DNA of 64,000 bases, taken from positions 25,071,233 to 25,135,232 of the forward strand of contig OZ316892.1 in assembly GCA_973895155.1 (NCBI GenBank), given 5' to 3'. Under the pieces are notes generated by a model. That model ran no database searches, was not told where the DNA came from, and saw only the letters and a list, made by a program, of their open reading frames with translations. Within the stretch, counting starts at the first letter, position 1. The number at the start of each line of letters is the position of its first letter. Source of the DNA: Marsupella aquatica. Lineage: Eukaryota; Plantae; Marchantiophyta. Position numbers and translations under genes: made by a program. Shown here piece after piece: positions 1-12,399 of the stretch.

Positions 1-2345
1 AATGATTAGCACAGTTTTCAAGAGTGATAAGAGGTAGTTCTGAATTTCTCCTCTGCGTTTTTTGTTGTGCTTATTTGGGCCATTTTCAATAAATTTTCCT
101 CTCGATTCTGATTGCCGCGAAATCAGAAACAACAAGACAGCATAGACCGCAAGATTTAGAGCTAGGAAAGCACATACCGTACAAGCCAAGCTATGGTACT
201 TGTGGTATTCATATGGTATTTGTGGACGGAACGCTCAAGTTGATAGGGTAATAGTGAGGAAGAACCGCTTGACTCAGTCCAGTATGTACCTTCGGTGGCC
301 ACACTTAAACCTACCAACTCTATGGACGCTCGACTCCTGAACCAATTTTCCCTACCAAAGAATCTATTGGCGATCATTCTGATTTACGTTTCTCTGGTAA
401 ATTTCTTTGAGCGTTTGGTTGGAGTACGTGTTTGGAGAGACACAGTTGTGAAAAGCTTTTCTTTCAGCGTTTCTGATCGATGTCATTTCGCTCAGTTAGT
501 TTCCGTGGGCGTTTGGGTGACGTTCAAATCTGATCGTACCGTTTTTTTGTGAAATAATGTCTTAAAAGTGTCTTGCCTCTTGACTACGCCTGTAATTTAC
601 GTTCATGCTTTGTTGGAGGCTGATTGTCAATGGGTCGCGATCCGATGCAAGCAAAGGAAGGCTGCATTTTAACCTGCTGGATTCTGGACTGATTGAGTCA
701 AGAAATTCATTGAATTCTCTTGATCACTGCTCTATCGTTTGCACTGTCGTTCAGGCACTTTCGACAAAGCTGCAGTAGATGAGTATTATGGGAAATGAGC
801 AGTTCGTGGTATACACTGGGAGATGACATTGAAGTCTAGTCGACCTCTGACTAGCTACGAAAGGTTGATAATAGTGGCGTGACCGTTTAGCCAAATTTTG
901 CAATTTGCATCATCTACAAGTAGACTGGGTTGATATCTTGAAAAGTGATGTCCCAAATTGTCCAAGCTATGCCCGAAGAGCATGGAAGGCAGACGAGCTG
1001 AGAGTCAAATGAACTTTCTGAGTTGCTTAGGCTTGATTTTGCACAATTAAGACACAGCAGGTGGCTGTGGGTGAGGATCTTGGGAGGCATCTGGAACGCA
1101 TAACGTTTCAATTATTTATAAATTGACTTCCTCTTTTACTTCAGAATCATGTCCTGGCCTTGGGAGTAGTTTGTCGTTGTTAATTTGTTCCCACTGAAGG
1201 GACCGTGTCAGGCCATGTTTTCTTTGTAAATTACAGTACAACCTATGTCTTGTGTAATTATACGTTTCGATAGACTTTGCCGTTACCAACGCATGCCAGC
1301 TCTGACTAGAATGATGATCGGTTCCATATATCAAACCTGCTGATTTTGATTAAATTTCTGTTCCCCACTTAGAATTAGAGGAAATTGGAACAGTCATTTG
1401 ACCTCAGACAGCGCACAACTCCCTAATCCTTAAAAACAAGTATTTAGATGCACGTTAGCGTAGAAGCTCATTCATCGCATCCAATTCATTGCATACGAAG
1501 TCCATTGTCGCAGACATGATTACTCTCCAAGATCAGGTTTACATCGTCAGAGAGGAACATGATTTCTCAATAAGAGAGACCAATAAGTATAAATTATGGT
1601 TGATGCTGGCTACTTGAACAAAGTGTCACAATTTGAGAGTGGGTGCAATATAGTATATCCAATACTTTATAAAAATTAAGCTTACATGTGAAGCTGGAGT
1701 TGAGATCCGGTACTTAGCTAGAGGGTCCATCAGGTCATGTTACAGTTTTCAACAAAAAGCAAGAGATTCATCAGTGGCCTCCTCCGCAATGCTGCACGTT
1801 TTATAACTCACACTTCCTACTTACAAGGTGGTCGGGCATCAAACATCAAAGCATGCTTTTGTATGTACTTAGAAATCTTTCTAGTCTCCTGTGTAGCTCA
1901 CTCCAATCTGTTCAGTGTGGGCTTCGCTGTCATGCTTTCTGTCATGAGTGAGTTTATTCTCACACATTAAAGCAAGCGAACAGCTATATTAGCCAGACAC
2001 TATACGTGACCTGCTGGCACAAGTTAATTGAAGGGCCCCTGTTGAGCAAAGTCTATGGTCATGGATTCATAAACTAAAATATCGCAACATGCTCGATCGA
2101 TATGTCATGGTTATGCTAGCTCTAGTTGCCAATCCCAGGTCCAAAAATCCATGTAATCCGTGGTTGGTGGACACACAAACAGGTTGAAAGGTTCATGAAG
2201 CACCAGCAGCCTTTGTGTGATGTCAACACGGTAGGATCGAATCTAGCAAGGTCATAATCGTTCCACTGAGCCCAGTTTTCTCCATTGTCAAAGTCATTGC
2301 CGAAAAGTATTGGAAGTTGAAATCGCTTTGATAGGCTCAGACAGA

Positions 2346-4485
2346 TTAAGTGCTGAACGCTGGAGTTGGGACTGGAGATATGGAAACTTTAGGAGAAGGG
2401 GGGGCGGGAGGAACACCGTAGGCAGGGGATGATAGGGGCGAAGGAGTCCCAACGGAAGCAAGCGTCGACGACCAGAGCCGACTGCCTGTTTCACCTCCTT
2501 CCAGACCTCTTTGTGCAACCACTGGCTCGTCGATGAGGCGACGAGCTTTGAATTTCTGCTCGTTGCAGAGGCGCGGCAAGTACACTCCTGCATACATGCA
2601 ACATTCATACCGTCAAGTTTATTTTCCGAACATCAAATACCTAACGATACTTCAGAGCTTCTCTGTGAGATATAATGAATTTTGACCTCGAATGATGTCT
2701 ATTCGCCAAGTCATTTGAGCAACAGTATGCGTACAGCCAGAAAACTGTATTGCATTGAAGAGCTACTAGAGTACTGAAATTGTTCCAGCCTTGAGAACAA
2801 GTTCGGGTACACGTCTCTGACTCTGCATTTGGCGTTAACTTGCAGGAACCTGCACGCATGATGCGTCGTTCCCTATAGTAGCTTTGTTGGCTGTCAAACG
2901 CTTTGATTCCATCCCCATCATGGTGACATTTTCACATGATGGCAATTGCAAGTTGACTATTAATTTATAATGATGTTTTAGTCTATATGCATGACTTGCA
3001 CAGGTCCCATGAGTGACCTGTGTTAATCGCCTGAAATATATATACTGCCTACCTACCTGCTGTGCATCTTCAATCTGAACCAAATAGTGGATCTAACAAA
3101 AGAAAAATCTGATGAGAATCCCAAGACCCGCGCGCGCGCATCTAAGATTGTGGGTCCGGGTCCCCGGTCCATGCAAGTGCTTGGAGATGATCTCAGTCCA
3201 CTATGAGGCTAGAGCTACAGAATGCATGGATTGCTCACGGGGTTGCTCAACCGTCATTACAGCCAAGCAAATTAAGGTTGAATTCACTCTCAAAGCATGT
3301 TGATTTTAACCCACTAGTAATTCAAGTCAGAAGATGTACGTCGGACCCGGCCATTTTGTGGTCATGGAAAACAGTCCTATGATATTACGCAGATAGAGAG
3401 GATATAGATTTAAGGTGAAAATTGATATTCCTATAAATTAGCTGTTGTGGGTGGTAAGTGCTCATTTGTTCTGTACCTTCTCCTGCAGCAAGCTTATAAT
3501 ATATATCAACGATATTGGGGCAATTGTTTTGGCACTCCGACGAGCATAGTTTGTCTCTAAAGCCTGATTCAACGAGTGAATCCGTGGAAAGCCCGTACGT
3601 TTCTCTCTCTACACCACAGGCTTGGATGCATTCATCGGACTCGATCCATTCTGCTGACCTTTCTGCCATTATCACTGATGTCTACGTAACACACACATGA
3701 AAGTCAATTAGCACTTTTCGTTTTCAGAAATCACTGCCACGTAATTTCTTTCGCTTTGTATATCTTATTACAAACTAATCTTCCACTACAGCAGACTGAC
3801 CAGATGTAATCACGATTATGACATTGTGCATGCTAATCGCTTGCTCTTGTGAAAACTGTAAATCGCTGGAAAGCAATTAGCATTTTTATTTCAAATTAGT
3901 TTTAGTTTTGTTTCAAATTAGTTTTGTTTATAGCTGGGTTGTGATCCATGGCTCCAATCTATATATATGGACAGATAAGAGCTCGATAAGTGAAGTACTT
4001 GACAGCTTGGTATGGTTTTCCCGTTCGTAAGAGTGGACTTCTCAAGTACACAACGTGCACCCGCGGACGATACTGAAAATGCGCATTCTAGAGCAGTCAA
4101 TTCTTCGCACTCCAAGATACCTGCACATAATCACAAACACCCCCACAATATAACAGCCCAAGATATGAACCCTCAAATTATGATCCAACCAAAAACATGT
4201 GAATTCTCACGCATTACAATTTGGCTTGATCTGCTTGATCAGTCGACTACTAGGAATTCAATGCCAAGGATAACGAATGTACTAACAGCCCGGCCCGTGT
4301 CTCCTGGTCTATCATCTACAGTAGTTGAAAAACCACTCACTCATTCTCTCTCTACTCTGAGAATGTAAAGTAACTTGCAAACAAAGCATGACGATACCTC
4401 CATATGTGCTGAGAACAGCTTGAGATCTCAAAAGAAGGACAACAGCAGCCAACAGCATCGCTGCAACACTTCTCAGAATTGCCAT
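2346..4485 (-). CDS. PAR1: PAR1 (photoassimilate-responsive)-family secreted Cys-rich protein, 4 exons, ~218 aa, with a Pro/Ser-rich C-terminal extension
   Basis: Exons 4485-4398, 4120-3999, 3681-3477 and 2587-2346 join in frame across GT-AG introns. Signal peptide MAILRSVAAMLLAAVVLL is followed by the PAR1 Cys pattern CEEL..ECAFSVSSAGARCVLEK...CQ / WIESDECIQACGVERETYGLSTDSL...[33 protein letters not shown]. Confidence 0.88.
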
Positions 4486-5902
4486 CTCAGATCGCTCACG
4501 GATCAAGCCGCTTAATCTAATTATTAGTTGGGTTTTTTTTGGTATCGATCTGAAGTTCTGAGATCTATTGGGAGTCCATCTTCCCCGTAATTAACACCAA
4601 CCTGCATTGTGCATCACATCAACAACAAATCACCGACCTAGCAACTTCAGCGAAAACGAGAAGTCAATCAGATCATCACGCATCCGAATTACTGATTCAA
4701 TTCCAAAGCAAATTACTGTACAAGTGTTCAGCTTGACGAGTGTTGGGTGGATGGAACTTAAAAGTTCAATAGCTCTAGAATATTACTAAGGTGTGATTTT
4801 GATTTGATTGATCCAGAAGGACAAATTCAATGCGTGCATAACATCTGCGCGTATCAATTCATGAACTGACCTTGCACACTGAGTGCTGTTGGGAGCAAGC
4901 AGTTGCATTTGGGAACGGGATGACCAATGCTTCTAGAATTTAAGTTGTGATCCCCGGTGTGATCTCGATTCGATTGATCAGGAAGTCCGACGAGTTCGTG
5001 TATGCACATGAGATACGAGTGAACTTATGAAGACTTGAATTGAATTGATTTTGGGAGAACCTGGATCGAAATTATAATGTGGGCAGCAGTTAGATTTAGA
5101 CGAAGGCGGGGGATGGGGGCAAACTGTGGGGCTATGGCAAGGGGGAATACAGGAAGTTACAACTGATTCAGATGGACATGGACCAGTGAAGTCCGCCAAA
5201 CCTGACAGCCGAACCTGCTGGCTTGGAATTCCCCCCCTACCTCTTATCTCAGCCGCCGATTTGGCCAGCTTTTAGAATCTGTGGAGATTCTCACCCGCTG
5301 CTTCGGTTGGTCTGGTGGTCGAGGCCCCACGAGTTTGTTGGTTTGCATGATTTGTGATTAATCTGGGCCGTCAAACGGGAGGATCATGGACGGCAGGAGA
5401 CCTGATAAAATGTGTAGAAGTTGTTGCCCCCTTCAGACATCAGTGTCTTTGGTTGTTGTTATATGGAGGAATTTTTCTGGCAACTGGAGTTTTGGCTCCT
5501 TGATTGATTGGGGTATTGATTAGTTAATTTGTTTACTCTCTCTTTCATTGGGTCTCCCATCGGGGCTCATGCTTGTGGGATTGTGTCTCCTGGTTAGGTG
5601 CATCTGGGTTTTTTTGCAGATGTGGGATTTTGTCTCCTGGGGTTAAGTGCGTTTTTTCCCCTGTGATGGGATAAATTGTCTCCTGGTCAGGTGTGTGTTT
5701 GTGTATTGGCAGTGATGTAATATGCATATATAGTGTGTACTGTAGGGTTCTCCTGGTGGGGGTGCTCTTATGGGGGTGCTCGTATGCAGGTTTTTTTGGT
5801 GTCATAAATTTGCTAGATTCCTTCTTGATAGGTACTGACCATTTTTTTGGCTGAAACTGACTATGGCTTAAATCTACTTTGGCCCAAATTGGCTATAATT
5901 TA

Positions 5903-5991
5903 TTTGTCTTCCATTAGCAGTTTTCCATTTTGTCATAGATCTCATTAGCCAGAATCTACTGGTTATCCTTAAATCTAGGGAGATTTGATGG
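5903..5991. repeat. Dispersed repeat fragment; a diverged inverted copy lies at ~19791-19880 (probably an old non-autonomous DNA transposon family)
   Basis: The reverse complement of 5903-5991 (ccatcaaatctccctagatttaaggataaccagtagattctggctaatgagatct...) aligns by eye with 19791-19880 (ccattagctttccctagattaaaggacaacagtcaaattttgcctaatgaggtct...). Confidence 0.55.
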
Positions 5992-6675
5992 TTGGAACTT
6001 GATATAAGAAAATTAGGTAAAGAAAATTTGTAACATCTTCTCCTTCACACGAGGTCACCATGCTAAAATAAAATAAACCCTGTGGTTACCCTTAAGTCTC
6101 CCCTGTCCTTCTTACAATGCTCCTACTTAGTTCACCAAATCTTCTGCCATAGCTTGCTTGCAAAGTCATTTGCCTCCTGGTCAATCCTTACCAGCAAAAA
6201 TTCTTGCTGGACAGTGAAAACAGACCTTGGGTGCCCAAGAAATTGCCAGCCCTCCAGAAAATTGGTGTCATGATATCACCACCCCTCCTTCATGAGGGAA
6301 GCCAATGAGTTGTCTCCATAGTGGCAACATGCCTCAGACCTTAGAGAATCATAGTGACATGTGCAGTTACATGTCTAGAAAGCTATGGCCAATGTTTGGT
6401 GTTAATATATAGCGAACTTTTTCTTTTGGTCATGGACACACCCTAAACTGGGTGGACCAAACATCTCTAAGTCAAGATACATTATATGTTGTACACCGGT
6501 TATTGACCCCCATGGGAACTTTCTTTTAAAATCCTTGGATGCACGTGCAGTCACATCAGCACTATTGGTCACAAACAATAACCAATAACAGATTTGTTAT
6601 GCAAAAAGTACCAAACAAGACTATGTATAGTGAAGTACGGGGGTGCAGGGCAATTATTTACTTGGGCCCCCCTTG

Positions 6676-6995
6676 AGACTTGTCAATCTCTCATCACGAT
6701 TGGATCCACCTCTCAATTTATTGATTATGCTATTAAATTTTGCTCTTAAATTCCTCTCATGTCCTTCCCTTCTTGTTCTTGACTTGCCACTCTCTCATCA
6801 CGATTGGATCCACCTCTCATGCAATTTATTGATTATGCTATTAAATTTTGCTCTTGAATTCCTCTCATGTCCTTCCCTTCTTGATCTTGACTTGCCAATC
6901 TCTCATCACGGTTGAATCCACCTCTCAATTTATTGATTATCCTATTAAATTTTGCTCTTGAGTTCCTTTCATGTCCTTGCCCTCTTGATCTTGCC
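6676..6995. repeat. Tandem repeat, ~3 copies of a ~105-110 bp unit
   Basis: Unit ...ctctcatcacgattggatccacctctcaatttattgattatgctattaaattttgctcttgaattcctctcatgtccttcccttcttgatcttgacttg... recurs three times with few substitutions. Confidence 0.9.
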
Positions 6996-7597
6996 TTCCT
7001 TTCACGGCCCTCTCCACACTGGCCAGATGTAAAGCAAAACCCAACTGCCCATGTCCACAACTCACTCCATGGCCATCTGACCCCACCCTACATATGTTCC
7101 ATCTTTCTTCCACCGTTTTGCTCTCCTTGTGCCCACCCTGACTCCTCAACTCCTGGCTCCAAACTCCTCCACGGGCCTGTCCAGCACCACAAGCCCTCTC
7201 CAAGTCATGCAGGGGGGTGGGGAAGGAAAAGGGAAAAAACAAGGAGGAAGGAAAAAAATTAAAAAGAGGTAAGGGAGAAAATTAAGGATGTAATAAAATA
7301 AAGGTCATCTAATTTATGTGACCCATGAGAGAGAAGCCATTAGTGGGCTTGCCTGGCTTTGCCCAACACACTACTTGACTTGCCATGTGTCTATATTACT
7401 AATGCCCTAGCTCTCATGTTAGGGCTCGCCTAACCCTTTTTTAAGAGCAACATCTCCTACAAGTATGTATTTTTACTTATGGATTTCAAGGAGGGTCATG
7501 CAAGTTTGACCAAAAATGTTGTATATGATGAGGGTCTTTATTGAGAATGAATACAGTTTGCATGAGTGTGGTACAATCTCTTCAACATGTTCTCACA

Positions 7598-9373
7598 AGC
7601 TCAATACTCGTGCGTTGCACAAAAGATGCCGTGTCGGCCAAGATTTGGTTGAGAAAAAAAATGTTGTGTCGGCCAAGAGGTCGTTGAGAACAAAGATGTT
7701 GTGTCGGCCAAGATGTCGCTGAGAAAAAAGATGTCATGTTTGCTAAGAAGTCATTGAGAAAAGGATGTCGTGTCGGCCAAGATGTCCTTGTGGAAAAAGA
7801 TATTGTGTCGGCCAATATTTCGTTGAAAAAAAAGATATCGTGTTGCCCAAGACATCATTGAGAAAAAAATATTGTGTCGCCCAAGGTGTTCTTAAGAAAA
7901 AATGTCGTGTTGCCCAAGATGTTGTGAAGAAAACCCGTGCGTTGCACAAAAGATGTAGTTAAAAAAAGTAGAGCTGCCAAAGATGCCGTGAAGTAAAAAG
8001 ATTTAGTGTCGCCAAAGATGACGCAAAGTAAAAAGATGGCGTTAAAAAAAGCCGTGGAGTAAAAAGATGTTGTTCAGAAAAAAAGGAGTCGTGTCTCCAA
8101 AGATGTCATGGAGTAAAAAAAAATTGTCAAGTAAAAAGATGTCATTATGTGAAAGATATTGCCAAGTAAAAAGATGTTGTTCAGAAAAAAAGGAGTCGTG
8201 TCTCCAAAGATGTCATGGAGTAAAAAAATATTGTCAAGTAAAAAGATGTCGGGGCGCCAAAGATGTTGTTATGTCAAAGATATCATCAAGCAAAAAGAAA
8301 TCGTGTTGTCAAAGTTGTTGTGAAGTAAAACGTATGTCATCAAGTAAAAGATGTTTTCAAGTAAAAAGTGTTGTTATAATGTCAAAGATGTCGCCAAGTA
8401 AAACTATGTCGGGACTCCAAAGCTATCGTCAAGTAAAAAAATGTCATCAGTCATAGATGTTGTGAAGTAAAATATGTCCTTGCATTAAATATCATTAAGG
8501 AAAAGATGTGCAAAAAATGCCAATAAATTTCTTGCTCAAAAGATGTCATTAAGTAAAAAATATCATTGCCCAAAACATGTCTAAGTAATAAAAGATATAA
8601 TTAACCAAAAATTGTTATCTAGTAAAAGATGTCATGGGGCAAAAAATGAGTGACAACAACCACAAAGTATCACCAGCTAAAAATTATTTTTGTCTTTTGA
8701 ATTTTTCATTTTTTTATCCCACACCCCACCCCTCTCTTTTACCGCTTTTGTACTATTTTTTGGTTTTGATAATTTTTATTACAGTATGTAACATTTGTAA
8801 TCAATCTTATGACATAGATTATCATGGGGGGTATAGGACTATACATAGATGGTCCATAAAGTACTCATTATTGTGTATTGTCATTCCTGGCATTCCCCTC
8901 TATTTATTGTTTGGAAAACGTGTCACTCTTTACTTCACACCAAATATAATATAATTTTGGTTTATTCTTTCTCTTGGTCATATTCTTTAAATTTTGTGCC
9001 CTTCAAATTCAAATGATCACCACGCTATAAAAAAGCGCAACTATTTATTATAGAAGTTAATATTTGTATTTAAATATCTTACATAATTTATCTTTATTAA
9101 CTTTGTCTCCTTGGTCAATTGGACATCTATTTTTCACTTGGACATGTTTTTTCTTCCAGACATGTTTTCTTTTTCTTGACATCTTTTCCTCTCCTCAACA
9201 TCTATTGTTCATTTTCACATTTTTTCTCCTTGACATCTTATTTTATTTTGACATCTTTTTCTTTCCTCAACCTTTTTTTCTCACCTTGAAATATATTTTT
9301 CCTAGACATCTATTTCTCCTTGACATTTATTTTTCACCTAGAAATCTTATGTGCAATGCTCGAGCATTGGGCT
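7598..9373. mobile_element. Non-autonomous foldback-like DNA transposon: imperfect ~24-bp terminal inverted repeats with oppositely oriented subterminal arrays of a short AAAGATGTC motif
   Basis: Left end agctcaatactcgtgcgttgcaca and right end tgtgcaatgctcgagcattgggct match at 20/24 as inverted repeats. Many aaagatgtc-like motifs lie at 7620-8640 and their reverse complement gacatcttt-like motifs at 9120-9350. The spacer is AT-rich and non-coding. Confidence 0.6.
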
Positions 9374-9745
9374 ATATATACATATTATGGTTTCAGATAT
9401 CTCTCATCATATACACGCGAGTTGATATAAAATCGCCCTACACCTAGTAGAAGTTCACCGTACTTTCTTCATCCTATAGATAATAAGCCCTAGACCTAGT
9501 ACAGTACTTTCTATAAATAATAAATATTCAGTAAAAACATAAAAGAAGAAATATGTTGAGAAGCATGAGAAAATATAGCTCACGGAACCGGGGCCACGGT
9601 CACGTCATGCGATCGGCAGTCTATCTTGCCTACTGTAAAGCGCAGCTCTTGCATTGAACTCGCATGATCCAGTCCCTCATCATCATCTCCCGCTGGCAGC
9701 ACCTACGGCCATCACATCCTCCCTCAAAAACTAATACACCATTCT

Positions 9746-10256
9746 AGCCGTTCGATCTCCGTGCATCACATACTAACTGACTGCACCCTTGGAAGTCTCC
9801 CGAACGTCCAGTCCGTCCGCCGTCCGTATCCTCGGCTAGAGATATCGATGGCCCACGTATCCCCTAAGTTCATCAGGTATCTCCACAGTCGTTAGATCCT
9901 AGCGTCACATTTAATAGTGGACGGCGAGTTCTTTCGGTCCTAGGCGATCAATATCAGCTTTGGTGAGTCACCGTTATTAATTCGTCGGCGTACCGTCGCC
10001 GCCGACGTACCGGGAGTATCGTCGTCGATACATCGACGGTATTAATTCTCACATTACGTATATTAAATTTACAGATACTCCCCCGCCCTTTCCCGCTTTT
10101 TACTGCCCAGCGGCAATTTGTATTTTCTAACGAGTCGTTGCGGTTGTGCTCGAGCACTTGGAGCGGAGGTCATTTCTCGGACCGAACGAGTCGGCAGTGC
10201 TTGGTTTACAGACTTTCATGTGCTTTTTGACGTCTCGGACCGAACGAATCGGCAGT
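9746..10256 (+). promoter_or_regulatory. Upstream/promoter region of the candidate KASH gene, with MSA-like (AACGG) motifs and a duplicated 24-bp motif
   Basis: agccgttcgatc (9746), agtcgttagatc (9887) and ccgtt (9972); tctcggaccgaacga(g/a)tcggcagt at ~10176 and ~10233; GA-rich leader-like sequence from ~10290. Confidence 0.35.
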
Positions 10257-11285
10257 CCTTGATTTATACACTTTCATTTGCTTTTCGACGGAGAGGAGGG
10301 GAGAGGAGAGGAAAGGAGAGAGCGAGGTCACAAGGCATACGCAGCGTTGTAGGCGTCTAGCGCTTACGCAGGCCGGGCGCGTCTTTGATCTTCGTGTGTC
10401 CGTCATTCTGTCCTCCGGTGTTCTCGAGAAACATTCGTGCGGGCGCGATTCTCCGTGCGAAAGTTTTGCGTGTGTTTGAAGGACGGGATTTCATTAAACA
10501 ACAGTTTCCTGGGGGTGCACAAACGAGATTGATCTCCGTCGCAGCGCATTGCATTGCATTGCAAGGGGTCGGTTGGCCAGCTACGTAGCCTACAGTGTTG
10601 TGATATGTGGAGCCGGGAGGGAGGAGTGGTCTATTGGTTTGAACAGATGGTTGCCCTGCATGCGGTCTTTCAGGATTTGAGTGTAGAGGAGAGATGTCCT
10701 GTTGGCGTGAAAATCCTGTTTCGACGTTCGAGCCGCGGGGCGCGTTAAAATGCTTGGAAGCTGCTGCTTCGTTAGTTTGTCGTCGGGATTGAGCCACAGT
10801 ACTTCATGCCGTTTCGATCTAGTGGATTGATTCATTCGTTTTATGAAATATTATAGAGAAGTTTCAGAAGTGCATACTGGAGGAGAAAAGAGTAATTCGC
10901 TGTTGATGCACTGCCGCTGATTGGTGAGCTGGCTCCACCTCTGTCAAGCTCGAAATAGAGAGCAGGAAGCTTCAATGCCAACTAGAGGTCGAACTGTTTC
11001 TGGAGTAGTGGACTTCCAGTTTAGCGGGGAAAACATCCACGATCAATCGATCCTCCTCCGAGGAATCCAGGAGAAGAGATGAAATCTAGAGCAGTATAGT
11101 GCATTATTGTCGTCGAACTGCTGGCGTCTGCACGTTGCCTTCCTTCCCGACCTCCGGATCTCGCCTCATTGCTCTCTGTACATGTAATCTGTTGAGAGAG
11201 GTCTAGTTGTGCGTCGAAGTACGTTCTTGTTTCACATGTTGCATTATTGTCGTGGATACTGGACTCGCGTAGACTCGAGGTGAAC

Positions 11286-12355
11286 ATGAATGGAGACCGA
11301 GATGTAGTTCTTGTTTCGAGATCAGCCAATCTGCGGACTAGTCCATCTGCCTATCGGAAGTGTGCGAAGGGATGTAGTCCATCGAACCTCCCGGTTGCCA
11401 AGAGTTCTGTCTTCTCATCCTCGATATCAAAGGGACAAGGCATGAACGGTGGCCGACGCACAAGAAGCTCGATTTCAGAGACCTTGCTTGTGGCTATAGA
11501 CAGTGAAAGAAAACGTGTGGTTGGAGGAAAGGTAAATTCAAATCACTCTTTGCTTGGATTGTTTGAGAGTTGGCCTGATTCTTTGCTGAATCTCCAGGTT
11601 TGTCGTGGTATTCAGCTTAGTGATGTCTAGTGCAAGAATGTGACGGTCGTCCTCAATTTAGCCGCTTTTGATTCTCGTGCCAATTCTGCTTCATGACAAA
11701 TGACATGCAGCTTAACATAATATCTCCTGGTTGCTATACTTGGACGCAGACTCCTACTAAGCCGAGCACTGTTCTGAGCTTCTCTACGACTAACGTCATA
11801 GTTCAAGCTGGCGCCAAGGACGATCAGCTGGACTTCCCGTTGATGCCTAGAAGTCCAGAAGAAGACTTGGAAAAGAGCAAGGGGTGTTCATTGTCCGATG
11901 AAGGCTTTTGCGAGCACGTTCCAGATTCACTTCGGCAACCTACTTGTTCAGAAAAAGTCAGTAAATGGCTGGAAGATTCCCAACAGAGCACAATGACCGA
12001 CCTTAGTGATAATCACAGTGTACCCCCCGATGAAGATCCCGAGGTCAACAAGAGGGAAGAAGATCATGAGGTGACAGGAAGGGAAACTTGTAGTAAGGGA
12101 ACACGAGTCTCAGAGGCTGAAGACTTCGACAACAGGAACCTGCCAGCGAACAATGTACCGGGAATTATTCTCACAGCACAGTCTCCACTTAAATTCCCGG
12201 CCGATAAATTCAAAGGATTTAGCGGGCTATCTCTGGCGCGTCGTATAATAATCGGCCACCTCAAAGTACTCATATGTCTTTCGGTTTTGTATCTGGGATT
12301 CCTTTTGCAGATAAGGCCAACTTCTTGGGAAAGCTATGAGCCACCTCCTACATGA
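11286..12355 (+). CDS. Tail-anchored membrane protein (~283 aa) with a C-terminal TM helix and PPPT terminus; putative plant KASH-domain (outer nuclear envelope) protein
   Basis: Exon 11286-11531 (AAG|GTAAAT donor) joins in frame to exon 11750-12355 (ACGCAG| acceptor; an in-frame alternative exists at 11711). The body is Ser/acidic and probably disordered, followed by IIIGHLKVLICLSVLYLGFLL-QIRPTSWESYEPPPT*. Confidence 0.7.
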
Positions 12356-12399
12356 AGCACAACCACTTCTGAGGGCCACGGAAAATACTATTTTTGCAT

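Noticed and set aside
190-360. Possible miRNA-like hairpin
   Set aside because: Only short interrupted stems, with no extended duplex and no known mature miRNA.
7620-8640. CRISPR-like array and Lys/Cys-rich ORFs
   Set aside because: The repeats are short and degenerate with no unique spacers, there are no cas genes, and the context is eukaryotic. The ORFs are artefacts of the repeat.
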